A DNA stretch of 59,477 bases, the filler included, from an uncultured virus (IMG/VR IMGVR_UViG_2049941000_000270) (Duplodnaviria > Heunggongvirae > Uroviricota > Caudoviricetes). It is 3 parts of one record of this genome, joined end to end, with 100 filler letters (N's around TTAATTAATTAA, not from the genome) between each part and the next. Parts side by side here need not be neighbours in the genome. Positions count along the whole stretch, not along the records: positions 1 to 22,806 come from IMGVR_UViG_2049941000_000270; positions 22,907 to 49,394 come from IMGVR_UViG_2049941000_000270; 1 more part is not named here. One strand, 5' to 3'. This document shows positions 22,674 to 35,290 of the stretch, piece by piece (the first letter of the stretch is position 1; each line of letters opens with the position of its first letter). The notes beneath the pieces were generated by a model that made no database searches, had not been told where the DNA came from, and saw only the letters and a program-made list of their open reading frames with translations. Position numbers and translations under genes: made by a program.

Positions 22674-22850
22674 NNNNNNNNNNACTATTGTTTCTTATTA
22701 CATTATTTACATCCCTGTTCTGATAATCCTCAATTGTTGAAATATTATCTTTTGTGTTCTGTAAATCATTTATTCTATACTCTTTCTTTACATAATCATC
22801 ATTTTTNNNNNNNNNNNNNNNNNNNNNNNNNNNNNNNNNNNNNNNNNNNN

Positions 22851-22862
22851 TTAATTAATTAA
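22851..22862. other. Artificial scaffold linker
   Basis: TTAATTAATTAA (stops in all frames) flanked by N runs on both sides. Confidence 0.95.
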
Positions 22863-23173
22863 NNNNNNNNNNNNNNNNNNNNNNNNNNNNNNNNNNNNNN
22901 NNNNNNCTTGTTTATATTTAACTGCATCCCCAGTGTCATAATCTTTAATATCTTCTTTTGATATTTCCTTCTGGGAATACATATTCTTGTCAAATATATC
23001 AACCCATACCCTACTGAACTTTGTNNNNNNNNNNATCTCTGTTACTACATACCATCCTGACAATGCCCTGTTGTAAATGACTTCAGGCCATTTGGTTTTC
23101 CACTGTCTTGGATTCACTGCCTCAATAATACCTTCATCTTCAAACTGAATTATGTTGTCATTCNNNNNNNNNN

Positions 23174-24210
23174 TTGTAATCATTCAATGACTGTTTGATT
23201 TCTATTTTTTCAGATTCTATGTTGTTTTTCTCATTTTCAATCTCTTCTTTTAGTTTTTTATAATCTGAATAGGCAGTCATATAATCATGATATGTATTGT
23301 TAAGTTGCTCTTGTTTTGCATCATGACCTGCTTTCAGTCCATTGAGTTCTTCCTTTTCCTTTTTAATCTGCATATCTATTGCAACCTCTTCAGAACCAAT
23401 CTTACATTTTACAACACGGTTTAGTTCTGGTTGTGGTGAGAATTGAGAGGTTTCACCTTTATAATCAGTAACAATCCTGGATGATTCAATACCATTACTG
23501 ATGAGAGTATCCCTTACCGTCTCAACTCTTCTTTTTGACAAGTCTATATTATGTTGACTGGTACCAACCTCACTTGCATAACCAGTGAGTTGTATAGCAC
23601 TGTCAGGTTGACTCTTCATTGATTCAACAAGTTCATTTATCTTTGTGTTCTCACTTGGTCTGATAAAATCCTCATCATTACCAAATAAAATATCCTGTTC
23701 ATTTTTGAAAGAGTTCAGAATATCACTGTAATTATCAAGAATACTTCTGTCAGGAGTACCATTACCCAAATCTGTAACACCAAAATCATCTGTATATGTA
23801 CCTATTGAAACCTTATCAACCATATAAATATAATCAGCAGCACCATAAAGAACATTGTCTATATAGTGTTTATCCCACAAACCATAACCAGGTCTCCTCC
23901 TGTTGTCAGTACCAAATGGATTCTTTGTATCTATTGTCAATATTTCATATGTACTTGGGTTGCCCAAAATATCAATGGCATTGACCTGATTAAGTTTATT
24001 CTCTATACTTTTTGCAATTTCTGTATTTGTTCCATCTGGTGATCTCAAACTGTCTGTAAATTCCTGTTCACAAAGAGAATAGAACAATGGAGAATGAAGT
24101 TTATCAATATCAAAGGTAAATCCGGTAAATATCGGATCCTCAATACTGTTCCTTGAATTTTGACAATACTTGGTCAAAAGATTATGTGTATTCAAAAATT
24201 TTATATCCAT
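23174..24210 (-). CDS. Virion-type protein with internal OmpA C-like (peptidoglycan-binding) domain and coiled coil
   Basis: ILFGND...IQLTGYASEVGTSQHNIDLSKRRVETVRDTL...GIESSRIVTDYKGE...NRVV. Confidence 0.8.
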
Positions 24211-24279
24211 AGTCTTTACTCTGTTACTATTATATTTTCTATGATGTTTTCTTCTTTATATTTATCTATNNNNNNNNNN

Positions 24280-25611
24280 GTTATTCACCTCTGCAAAGTA
24301 ATACTGCTTGAAAGTGTTGGATGTGTCAATATTTCCGAAGTTGTTGAATGACTCTACATTGGTCATATTGTCAACACTTGCCATATTACCATTAATATAG
24401 TTCTCATTTGTCATCTGCATCAGGTTGAGAGGTATATATGATTCCTGTGTAGGTTCATCAGGGATGGACAATATCTTCTGTGATATAACATCTCTCTTTA
24501 GATTATCAATAGGTCTTATGACAAAATCACAAGAACTGAACCCCCAGTTACCAACATTGGAATCACAATATCTTGCATGTGTCTTGTATCCATCAGATAA
24601 TGATGAACTGGTGTTTGTTATCTCCTCATATGATTCTATATAATTTGACCATCCATCAAACAGTTCATCATTTGTCAGGAAGTAATAACTCAACTTCTGA
24701 TATTGATTGTTCAAAGGATCATCACCATCCTTGAGAGGTATCTGATTCTCTGTTGTTTTCTCATCCTTGGTGGGATCAAATTCCGGAATATTATGAGGAG
24801 GATAACATTTGTATATCATAGCTGGAGTGTCTGTCTTACTTCCACCATGTGAAAGAAGTGAATGACATTCCACAAAATTCAATACATTGTACTGGTCAAT
24901 GAATGATGTGAAGAATGTGTTTGGTGAGTAACAGGCATGTGCTGTGATATCTTCCATAAAATCAAAGTAAGTACCTGTCTCATTATTTCTCCAAGTCATA
25001 TTATCCAGGGTGTTACTCTTTGTAAAGTTGGTGGCAAATCCAAGACCTGTCCATACTGCAAGATTGAACAATGACTGTATTGCTGTACATTTACCTCCAC
25101 ACCATGCTTCCTTCCTGTATCCATAAGGTATGTTCAATTTACCATTCACCCTATATCTGAATCCACTGTTTCCTACCTTTCTTATGTTTGTAAGTATGAA
25201 ATCCTGACGGATTGGTTTATAATAGAGTTCATCACCCTGACCACCTATATAAACCTTGATGATTGCACCAGGTTTAGGTACATTGGTTGACAGCATTGAA
25301 TTGGAACTGTCCATAAAATCAAATGACAAAACAGGAAGAAATCCTGTGTAGTCCAACTTGAATGCACATATATCAACCTGATTAATCAACCAGTCATTGA
25401 TTGAAATCAGAGGAATCCTGTATGCATACTTGTAAGGGATGTTATTGGAATCATGTATGAACTTCTCATTAATTATGAACTCACTTACACTTATGGCAGG
25501 TTCAACCAACTGGACTGAATTAATTTTGTCCCCAGTCAGTTCAACATACTTATTGTTATCATCTATTCCACCTATGGGAAATATTTTATTATAAAGTGTA
25601 TTTAAATCCAT
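24280..25611 (-). CDS. Baseplate hub/tail protein (gp27-like), C-terminus in gap
   Basis: FKLDYTGFLPVLSFDFMD...KPIRQDF...LGFATN...SFIDQYNVLNFVE; likely C-terminal piece LSGWYVV at ~23035-23163. Confidence 0.45.
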
Positions 25612-25615
25612 ATTC

Positions 25616-25900
25616 TTACTTTACTCTATATCTTTGACCATTGACAGTTACATAATCACCACTTCTGACATTTGTATTGGCAACAAATACTTTCAGTGTT
25701 TGTCCATTTATATCTGTTACCTGAACAATAGAACCATTCTCTGTCCTCATAACATTATCAACAAAACTTGAATTGTCAGCAGCCTGACCTTCAAAGCAGT
25801 CTTTCTCCAGGTCTTCGGTGTAATATGTGTACCAATAGAAAGCAGCATATGCACTGTCTATTTTTGTTAATATTGTTCCGACACGTTTCTGGTTCAACAT
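25616..25900 (-). CDS. Hypothetical protein (possibly C-terminus of a gapped gene)
   Basis: Open frame co-oriented with structural genes. Confidence 0.4.
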   Translation of the reverse strand: MLNQKRVGTILTKIDSAYAAFYWYTYYTEDLEKDCFEGQAADNSSFVDNVMRTENGSIVQVTDINGQTLKVFVANTNVRSGDYVTVNGQRYRVK

Positions 25901-26467
25901 ATAGACACCACCTTTCTTCTTGTGACTCTTCTTTGATGCTTTCTTGATAATCTTACTNNNNNNNNNNAATAGGAAACAGAAATGGAGACAACATTGATGA
26001 TGAATAATAAGTGTTTCCGGTATGATCCAGATTAGGATGGAAGAAATGCCAACCTATAAACTTGAGATCATTATCCATTGGTTTTCCATCAACTAAATCA
26101 GATACTGTTGTTGTCTTTCCAATTTCTTTTATTATAGGAGATTTATAAGCCACAATAACATCTCCCCTTTCATCAAGTTCATCAATCACTGCTTCAATTT
26201 TATCCCTGTCAAAATCACCGGATGCATCAGAAAGTNNNNNNNNNNGTGAGATAAGATTTCTTGCACCCTTATCTGTTGAACTCACACCCTTCAACAAACC
26301 TATGGAATCTTTTATATATCCATCTTGTTCTTTTGTAATTGACTCATTTTCAAGATATTCTTCAAGTGCTTCCAAAGTATGTTCATATTCCTCAGTATCA
26401 CTGAAATAAACAGGTGATAACATATTTGTAAGTTTTGCACTTGCCTTTTGGACATTGNNNNNNNNNN

Positions 26468-28372
26468 CATTTGAGACCAACTATATCCATAAGTTGTTTA
26501 ATTATTTCCTTCAGGTTGTTTAAACCATTTATCATCAATCTTGCAATCTTATTGATGTTGTTCATAATATCAATCACAAGGGTTATAATATCCTTGATGA
26601 ATTTAAATATAGTCTTGATATCCATCCAGAAATCAGAAATCTTATATGCAGGATTTGGAACAACAGTACCAATATCCGCCGGCATAACCATCTTGAGTGA
26701 TGAACATATCAATTGAGATCCCAAATTTTTACACAATTCCTTGATGTCATTGAAGTCCTTATTGATTGCATTACAACAATCATCAATGAACATATCACAA
26801 GAACCACCATTCTGGAAAAATCCTTTTATCTCAGCAATACAGTCTTGATATTGTTTCATCATTGACTGCCAGTCTGATTTAAGTGTGTTACTTCTGTAAC
26901 CTGCCTCTTCCCAGAACCTATCCAGTTCTTCACCAATAATATCCTTGAGTTTTGATGTCTGCTTTGCTTTCTTGACCTTATTCCTATATTTCTTCACTTC
27001 CTTTATAGCAGATCTCATCTCCCTCTTTGACAATGTACCCTGGGCAGCCTTATTGTCAATGTCAGTCCTCTTCATATAGAGTCTGATATCCTCTCTCTGT
27101 TTTTTTATCTCCTCATCAAATTCCTTCAGGAATTCTTCATAATTTTCCGCACTATAGTTCCTTTCATCTTCAGAAATTTCATCCAATTCTTCAAGTTCCC
27201 TATATGCTTCATTGGTCAAAGCATTGTATTGTTTGTACATATCTTCAGGAGTCATTTCAATATCACTCCTTATCTTATACAACATTGATTCAAAATCAAT
27301 AGGAGGAAGTTTGTCCAGTNNNNNNNNNNNNNNNNNNNNNNNNNNNNNNNNNNNNNNNNNNNNNNNNNNNNNNNNNNNNNNNNNNNNNNNNNNNNNNNNN
27401 NNNNNNNNNNNNNNNNNNNNNNNNNNNNNNNNNNNNNNNNNNNNNNNNNNNNNNNNNNNNNNNNNNNNNNNNNNNNNNNNNNNNNNNNNNNNNNNNNNNN
27501 NNNNNNNNNNNNNNNNNNNNNNNNNNNNNNNNNNNNNNNNNNNNNNNNNNNNNNNNNNNNNNNNNNNNNNNNATAATAGACTGGGTAAGAACACCTGTAA
27601 ATGCAGCAACAACTTTACCAATACTGAAATTCTTTATTACAGTATCAAGAGACTCTGCAACAGCAGTTGTAATTTCTACAGTCTTTTTGTTCTCATCCTG
27701 ATATGTGACTTCCTGAGATATTTTCTGGGCACCGGTTGAAACAGAACTCAAACCAGTAACATTCTTAAAACCACTGTCAACAATGTTGTTCAATTTTGCC
27801 ATCTTTTCACGGAGTTCCTTAATGAGTGTCTCAACCCATTTGTTTGCATCCGAAAGACCACCATTGATAGTATCTGCAACACCCTGGACAGTACCCATTG
27901 CCTGGTTCTTTTTATCTGTCACTTTCTGTTTTGCCCTGTCTGCTGAATTCAGTTGTTTGAATCCATCACCTGTCCATTCAAGTTCATCTTCACTTTCTTT
28001 TCTAAGAATAAGAGACACAGTGTCAGACAGTTCTGAAACCATATCAAGTGTGTTTTCTCCAAGACCCATTGCTTCATTGATAGTATCCTGGGAAACAGTA
28101 TTTAATCTATTGGTAATATTTGAAAGAGAACCAGTGATACTGTTCATCTGTGTCATAAGGTAGTTGGCAGGTATGTCTGCATAACTGTCCAAAAGTTTAT
28201 CCATATCATCAGACAGTTTCTGAACCAATGTTGACAGATAAACCACATCACCCACAACCCTTGTTACAAAATCTTTAGGTTTAGGCATAAGAGATATGAA
28301 CTGCATTGTCTGTGCAGTAACACACATTATCTTTATACTCTTTCTCATTCCAGAGTTAATAACATCTGCCAT
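26468..28372 (-). CDS. Large helical/coiled-coil hypothetical protein (gapped)
   Basis: MADVINSG... and LDKLPPIDF...LMDIVGLK fragments; downstream fragments at 25968-26457 may continue it. Confidence 0.5.
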
Positions 28373-28451
28373 ATTTAACTACCCCATTTATAATTTACAA
28401 GCAACTCATTCTGTGCATTATCTACAACCAGTGTGTTGTGANNNNNNNNNN

Positions 28452-30264
28452 AAGATTACCACCCTTGAGACCACAGTATCCATCAACACTGAATGTACCA
28501 AGTTCATTAGGTGTACATCCTATCTTAATAATTTCACTGTGTGAATTGTTGATGGTATCACTACCCTTCACTTCATATAACCACATATTGGACATACCTC
28601 TCTTCATTCCGAGTACACAGAAGTACCACTTGGATTCAAATGATGAGAAACCTTCAAAGTTATAGTCATAATCCTTTCCATTAAGTCTTACAACCATCCT
28701 GTCAGGCATCTGTATAATTTCAAATCCATCACCGGCATACACACAGGTATTNNNNNNNNNNNNNNNNNNNNNNNNNNNNNNNNNNNNNNNNNNNNNNNNN
28801 NNNNNNNNNNNNNNNNNNNNNNNNNNNNNNNNNNNNNNNNNNNNAGGTATTTGCCTCATGACATATAAGTTTACCACATGACTGGACTTTCATTCTCTCA
28901 TCATAAGGAACATTGATGTCCACAAACAATTTTTCTTTATCAATACCTGAAATCCTGTACCAACCTTTGAGACCAGATACCCTTGAAATTTTGATCATAT
29001 TTCCAGTGTCAAGAAGTTTATCCCAGGACTTGACCTTCAGTCTGGTCATATCTCCATTGGCAACAACAGAATCTATCATCACATTGTCTGACACATTCTT
29101 CATATTGGTAGGTCTGAAAGCGAATGTGAACATCCTTTCATCATCTGATGAGAGACCTTTGTTCCAGTATTCAACAGCAACCTCACCTCTATCAATGGTT
29201 GAAAGATTGTAATATTGTTTTGCCACAACTGTCCAGTCACTGTATATGTTCTCTTCAACAATCCTGACATTCTCATGGAGAATCCTTCTCAATGGATCCT
29301 GACCCTGTTCAATCATACCCACATCATTGAGTTGGTTGTCCTTNNNNNNNNNNACCCTGTTCAAGCATACCAACATCATTGAGTTGGTTGTCCTTCCTGT
29401 TGTCGGCAACCTCATCCTTCATCTCTTCCTCAAACTTACCTTCGGCAGAGAATATGAGACTCTCTGTGTCTTCCATAAGGTCATCATTACCAAACTGTAC
29501 AGACTTCATCTCCTGGTAAGGTACAAGACTTACTCTCCAATATGTTGCAACATATCCGAAGTCATCAGGGTCAGACACTGAATCAACCATATACATCTTA
29601 TTCATATATGTGCTGAAATAGAGGTAATCATGGGGATCAGGATGACTTCCATTACCAAATACTTTCCAGAACTCTGACTTCACAATATGTATTTCAAATT
29701 GTTGTGGGTAATCAATCATCATTGAATTGAATTGAAGTTCCCTGGTTGGTAACTGGTTGTCCGGTACTAAAATCTTCACATTCTGCTTATCAATGACCTT
29801 TTCTATACTATACTCCTTTAATACAACATCTCTACTCTTTGCATTTGGTTCAGTTTTAAAATAAAGAACACAAAAACCAAACATATTAGAAATAAGAGTA
29901 GACATCTGTTGATATATGTTATAAGACTGTCCAACTGTATATGGATTAAAGAGGTTACTTCNNNNNNNNNNACATAATCTACATCAAGGGAAATACTTTC
30001 AATATTATTCTCATTCAGTTCCCCAGGACCAACTTGGGTAAATTTATACTGTATATAAACCTTATCCTCATAAATCTTAATGGTGGAAAGATTCTTATTA
30101 GTTAAAGATTTCCAATCACTCCATAATATTTTATCAGAAGAGTATCTAAATTCTTTTTCAAAATAAGTATCTTCTGTTTCAGAAGTAACAACACAGGTAA
30201 CACCAGATATAGATTTTATACCTGTGTATTCCATAACATTGGATTCTATAACACTTTTAACCAT
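28452..30264 (-). CDS. Neck protein gp14-like with additional C-terminal beta domain (multiple gaps)
   Basis: FGFCVLYF...DVVLKEY...FEIHIVKSEF...PDPHDYLYF...MYMVDSV follows the gp14 pattern; CATAAATA at 30287-30294 on minus strand. Confidence 0.55.
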
Positions 30265-30307
30265 TTATGTATGTAAGTTATATAGTTATTTATGAAANNN
30301 NNNNNNN

Positions 30308-31058
30308 ACTCCAAACATTTATAGCAGTTTTATAGAAATTACTTGTTTTGGATTTACTTAACCAATAATTCAATTTTTTTATATCATCATTTGAGTTCTT
30401 ATCAAATGGATGAAATCCATGTGTCCAGGTACCTTGAATTTCAATATACAAATCATAATCTGGTAAATAGAAATCACAATGATATGGATAAAGTTCAGAT
30501 ATATATTGTGTTTTAAATAAGATTGACTTCTGTAAAAAGTATTCAGATAACCTATTTTCAATTTTAGATGTGTTACAANNNNNNNNNNNNNNNNNNNNNN
30601 NNNNNNNNNNNATTTTCAATTTTAGATGTGTTACAAGTATTATTTCTTTTCTTTGATTCAAACCACATTCTATTGAACTCTTTATTTTTCATAGGACTAT
30701 CAACACCATAATGTTCAATATATGTTTTCTTTCTTTTATCTTTAACATCATCACTTTGAAATACACTCTTAACTCCATATCTTTTAAGATTTGTCTGTTG
30801 GAGTTTATCAATTACATCCTCATCTGTTGTTGCACACTTTGAAGAACAATGATTCCAATATCCAAAATTGAGATTTTTGAATTTACATCTATTACCACAT
30901 ACAGGACAAACCCCCAATTTTAAACCAAGGTCATCCATAAAATAGTGATATATCTTTTGTATTAATGTGAAATCCTCTGGAAAATCAATTCTACATATAT
31001 CATCATATATGTCTGGAAATCTTTTAATGAATTGTTTCTCCTGACAGTAGAACCTGCC
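30308..31058 (-). CDS. Putative homing endonuclease (Zn-finger + KxTNLxxYGV repeats + Vsr/DUF559-like nuclease)
   Basis: CPVCG...HCSSKC; QQTNLKRYGV, KKTYIEHYGV; YPYHCDFYLPDYDLYIEIQGTWTHG; lower GC than flanks. Confidence 0.7.
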
Positions 31059-31599
31059 NNNNNNNNNNNNNNNNNNNNNNNNNNNNNNNNNNNNNNNNNN
31101 NNNNNNNNNNNNNNNNNNNNNNNNNNNNNNNNNNNNNNNNNNNNNNNNNNNNNNNNNNNNNNNNNNNNNNNNNNNNNNNNNNNNNNNNNNNNNNNNNNNN
31201 NNNNNNNNNNNNNNNNNNNNNNNNNNNNNNNNNNNNNNNNNNNNNNNNNNNNNNNNNNNNNNNNNNNNNNNNNNNNNNNNNNNNNNNNNNNNNNNNNNNN
31301 NNNNNNNNNNNNNNNNNNNNNNNNNNNNNNNNNNNNNNNNNNNNNNNNNNNNNNNNNNNNNNNNNNNNNNNNNNNNNNNNNNNNNNNNNNNNNNNNNNNN
31401 NNNNNNNNNNNNNNNNNNNNNNNNNNNNNNNNNNNNNNNNNNNNNNNNNNNNNNNNNNNNNNNNNNNNNNNNNNNNNNNNNNNNNNNNNNNNNNNNNNNN
31501 NNNNNNNNNNNNNNNNNNNNNNNNNNNNNNNNNNNNNNNNNNNNNNNNNNNNNNNNNNNNNNNNNNNNNNNNNNNNNNNNNNNNNNNNNNNNNNNNNNN

Positions 31600-32086
31600 C
31601 CACTCTCCTTATGAAAACATCCTTTTGATTGTTGAAAATGGGTTGGTTGGCAAGGAATCCTCTACTTGTGAGTTGATATAGTTTCCTGAAATGATAATTG
31701 ATAATATACTTGACAAACTTATTGTACATATCAACCAGTCCTGCCTTATCAGGAACAATGTAATTGTCTTCCAGGTAAAATGCCTTGGTGTTGAGTTTCT
31801 GGATGAGTTCACTCATACTGTTGACTGAATCCACCTCACTTTTTCTCAGCAGTGTTGTGAGATTGGCAGTCTTCAGACTCATTGACACCTTTACATTGAT
31901 AAAATGTTCTTTCAGGTAATTGACATCATTCTCCAATATCTCCCTTATCTTCACCTTGTATGTAGTCCTGTCACCCTGGGTATATTTCTCAAGGAGGACA
32001 ACCTTCACAGGAAGAAGAAATTCAGGTTCATTCGGAGAGGTCACCAGGGCATAACACTCTGTACCTATATTATATGTTCTAACCAT
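31600..32086 (-). CDS. Hypothetical protein (3' in gap)
   Basis: ORF MVRTYNIGTECY... open until N run. Confidence 0.55.
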
Positions 32087-32088
32087 TA

Positions 32089-32811
32089 CTTATCTTCTTT
32101 ATCTGAAACCTTTCTGATTAGTCTCATCAAATCCTTCTGACTGCTTGATTTGAATCCGGATGAAATCTCNNNNNNNNNNCTGTGCCTTGACCAGATCAAT
32201 GAATGTACCCTGGAGTTTACCAAGTACCTCAAAGAGTTTGGGATTGATGTCACCAAGTTCAATATTGTCCATAAGGATTTCTATTGCCCTCTGACTAACT
32301 TCCATCTGGTTCATAATATTACCCAGGGTCATTGCATCCAAGTTCACCTTTGCCTTGACATATTCATTCTTTGAAATGAAGTTGTCTGAAAGATAAACCC
32401 TCAAAAGGGATTCCATAACATCCTTGGCCTTCTGTCTTGACTGTTCCAGGGTNNNNNNNNNNTTGTGCCTTGACCAGATCAATAAATGTACCCTGGAGTT
32501 TACCAAGTACTTCAAACAGTTTCGGATTGATGTCACCAAGTTCAATATTGTCCATAAGGATTTCTATCGCCCTCTGACTGACTTCCAGTACCAATATCCG
32601 CCGNNNNNNNNNNTAAAAGGGATTCCATAACATCCTTGGCCTTCTGTCTTGACTGTTCCAGGGTCATCATATCCTTTTTGGAAACAGTAGATGGAACCCT
32701 ATTGAAACTCAATGTCTGGGAATCAATGTCATCTGTCAGGTTGATGTCATTATCTGTCAGTAAATCAGCAATGCTGTTCCTGATTATGTCTTTGTTATCT
32801 GATGTATCCAT
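32089..32811 (-). CDS. Terminase small subunit gp16-like (three overlapping variant fragments)
   Basis: Helical protein with GDINPKLFEVLGKLQ, matching the gp16 PRxxEV motif. Confidence 0.55.
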
Positions 32812-32972
32812 TTATATAGTTTTAATCAAAATACTGCCTAATACCTTTCATCATATTATCTATTTCCTCAAACTCTCTTTTTATGAAAGTTCCGGTTACA
32901 GGTTGAGTCATCTCCTCTATTTCCTCATCAGTTANNNNNNNNNNAGGATGGTATCAACCATCCTTTCAATCA

Positions 32973-33547
32973 ATTAAGTTTTTTATGATATACTGTTCAT
33001 AAGGTTCTATGACACCTTTTCTCATCAAATCCTCATATTGTTCATCAGTCCACATCTTGAGGTTTTCAGGCCATTCCTCATCAAGTATCTGTTTGAAGAG
33101 GGGAATGTATTTGAGTTTGGCACCATCCACAAATCTTTCATCACCAATTGCAACNNNNNNNNNNCTTGAAGAGTGGGATGTATTTGAGTTTGGCACCATC
33201 CACAAATCTTTCATCACCAATTGCAACAGTCTTTGCAATTTCAGGAAAAGACCTGTAGAAGTTCATCCATTCCCTGTCTGAACGCTTGAGTGAAGGGACT
33301 CTCACCTTCTGGTGACCTCTTCCTTTTGCCTGCCAGGTATTCCTGTATTTACTGTCATCAACAGATAATTTCTGTCTTATGGTATCACAGTCTTCCGGTG
33401 CCCAGTGTTGTTTCTTATATTTCTTCTGGTCATTAGGAACACTGTAAGGATACTCTTCTGCCTCAACAATCCAATAAGGAGTCCTCCAATAATCCCTCTC
33501 CTTTCTAATTGCTTTGCGGATAGTCTCTTCGAGAGGTGTGGAGTTAT
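32973..33547 (-). CDS. Hypothetical protein (gapped, internal duplicate)
   Basis: Basic/Trp-rich frame with duplicate VAIGDERFVDGAKLKYIPLFK. Confidence 0.5.
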
Positions 33548-33611
33548 NNNNNNNNNNATCTGTGATTAGGATCATGATGTGGATTAGGTTTTTTCATAAT
33601 GATGTTTTGTT

Positions 33612-34475
33612 TTATTCAGCACAAGCTGCTCTGCAATACTTCTTAAGTTTCTCAAATGCATCCTTATATATCTTGTTTGCTGTATTGACAGGAACTTCCA
33701 GTTCATCAGCAATATCCTGCATTGAGTTATTGTACTTCCATACTATCTTATCTTTATCTGGGTTAGGAAGTCTTTCTGAATACTTACCAAGATGAAGTTT
33801 CATTTCCATAGCAATCCTTCCATTAACATCAAGAGTCTTTAATCCTTCCTTGAGGATTTCCTCCCTGTCAACATCAAAGACTGGATCATCCACTTCTCCA
33901 AGTGTATCATAGTTGTTTGCATCAATTGAACAATATTCTATCTTTGAGTCTTCAATCCTCTCCTGTCCTTTCTTGAAACCTTTCATATGGTTTGCNNNNN
34001 NNNNNNNNNNNNNNNNNNNNNNNNNNNNNNNNNNNNNNNNNNNNNNNNNNNNNNNNNNNNNNNNNNNNNNNNNNNNNNNNNNNNNNNNNNNNNNNNNNNN
34101 NNNNNNNNNNNNNNNNNNNNNNNNNNNNNNNNNNNNNNNNNNNNNNNNNNNNNNNNNNNNNNNNNNNNNNNNNNNNNNNNNNNGAATATGAACCAATGAA
34201 TCTTGTCTGTTCAAATAGTTCAACATATATCCTCTGACTGACATTGCTGATGATTTCACAAAACTGTCATTCTTTGCAGGGTCATATTTCTTTTCTGCTT
34301 CTTTCATACCTATCACTCCTTCAACCAGAAGTGTTTCAAAATCGGCACCGGTTTTATTTGCAAGGTCAGTGGCAACTTTCACCACATAAAGAAGGTTTTG
34401 ATCTGTGAGTGAGGCATTATTCTTTTTTGCGATTTCCACAGCCTTTCCAAATTCATTGTACAATTTACTATCCAT
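33612..34475 (-). CDS. Sigma70-family RNA polymerase sigma factor
   Basis: Region 2 NLLYVVKVA...LLVEGVIGMKEAEKKYDP...SFV; region 4 SMQDIADELEVPVNTANKIYKDAFEKLK. Confidence 0.85.
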   Translation of the reverse strand: MDSKLYNEFGKAVEIAKKNNASLTDQNLLYVVKVATDLANKTGADFETLLVEGVIGMKEAEKKYDPAKNDSFVKSSAMSVRGYMLNYLNRQDSLVHIXXXXXXXXXXXXXXXXXXXXXXXXXXXXXXXXXXXXXXXXXXXXXXXXXXXXXXXXXXXXXXXANHMKGFKKGQERIEDSKIEYCSIDANNYDTLGEVDDPVFDVDREEILKEGLKTLDVNGRIAMEMKLHLGKYSERLPNPDKDKIVWKYNNSMQDIADELEVPVNTANKIYKDAFEKLKKYCRAACAE

Positions 34476-34531
34476 ANNNNNNNNNNAATTAAACTGATTT
34501 ACTTGTATAACTGAATCATTATACTGTACTA

Positions 34532-34563
34532 CAAATATAATGAAACTTTACCAAAAATCCAAA
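34532..34563 (-). promoter_or_regulatory. Bacteroidota housekeeping-type promoter TTTG-N20-TATATTTG
   Basis: Exact match to the -33 TTTG / -7 TAnnTTTG consensus with 20-nt spacer, in an intergenic region pointing at the sigma70 gene (10-N gap between). Confidence 0.7.
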
Positions 34564-34584
34564 TTTGGCAAAAATATTTAACAG

Positions 34585-34619
34585 ATTAAGACATCTTGTT
34601 TTCACAAGATGTCCAATCA
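34585..34619 (-). terminator. Hairpin after phosphoesterase-like gene
   Basis: GACATCTTG-TTTTCA-CAAGATGTC inverted repeat. Confidence 0.5.
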
Positions 34620-35215
34620 TTAAAGGTTATCTTTGAATGTCTCAATGTTTTTCTGGACATTAGATATGTTTACAGGTAGGAATTTCCATTCCTTTGCCTC
34701 GCATGATATATTGTGTTCTTCAATATCCATCATATCATCCAGACCATGAAAACAATATGTACCAGTTGATTTACCGGGCCAGTCTGAAAGAGGAAGATAA
34801 GTGAGTACAGAATCCAGTTCATTGACTGTCATAATTTGTTTATTCTCAAAATATATCTTCTTCTTGAATTCCGGGTCACTACATTTCTCAACAGCATCCT
34901 TCATATTGATAATAAAGTTCTTCTCATCATCATTGAAATAATTATTGAGAAAATGTATTTCTCCATTCAGTCTAACCAGGATGTGATACAGGTCACCTAT
35001 NNNNNNNNNNAATGTATTTCTCCATTCAGTCTGACCAGGATGTGATACAGGTCACCTATACCAAATCCTCCCAGAACATAAACAATATCATCTTTATTCA
35101 CTGTCTCATTCCAACAGTTGATGATATGGTCATTGTTATCGATAACATTCTCATTTGGATCATCCACCAAAAGGCGGTTGAACCAAGTGTCACTAATAGC
35201 AAAAATGCTTGGCAT
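34620..35215 (-). CDS. Calcineurin-like metallophosphoesterase homolog with degenerate metal ligands
   Basis: IFAISDTWF, WNETVNKDDIVYVLGGFG, LNGEIHFL, PLSDWPG, FHG, WKFLPV; joined across a duplicated overlap at the 35001 gap. Confidence 0.7.
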
Positions 35216-35290
35216 GCTTTTTAGATTAAAAGGTGGTGGAAGATGTTCCACCACCTGGATTAAAGAATTTAACTATTCAANNNNNNNNNN

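Noticed and set aside
22851..22862. TTAATTAATTAA palindromic repeat, also at 49439-49450
   Set aside because: Flanked by N runs on both sides; a standard artificial contig linker.
32585..32603. Short sequence CAGTACCAATATCCGCCG identical to ~26664-26681 attached to a terminase-fragment copy
   Set aside because: Sits at a contig end next to Ns; most likely a chimeric read or misjoin, not a recombination site.
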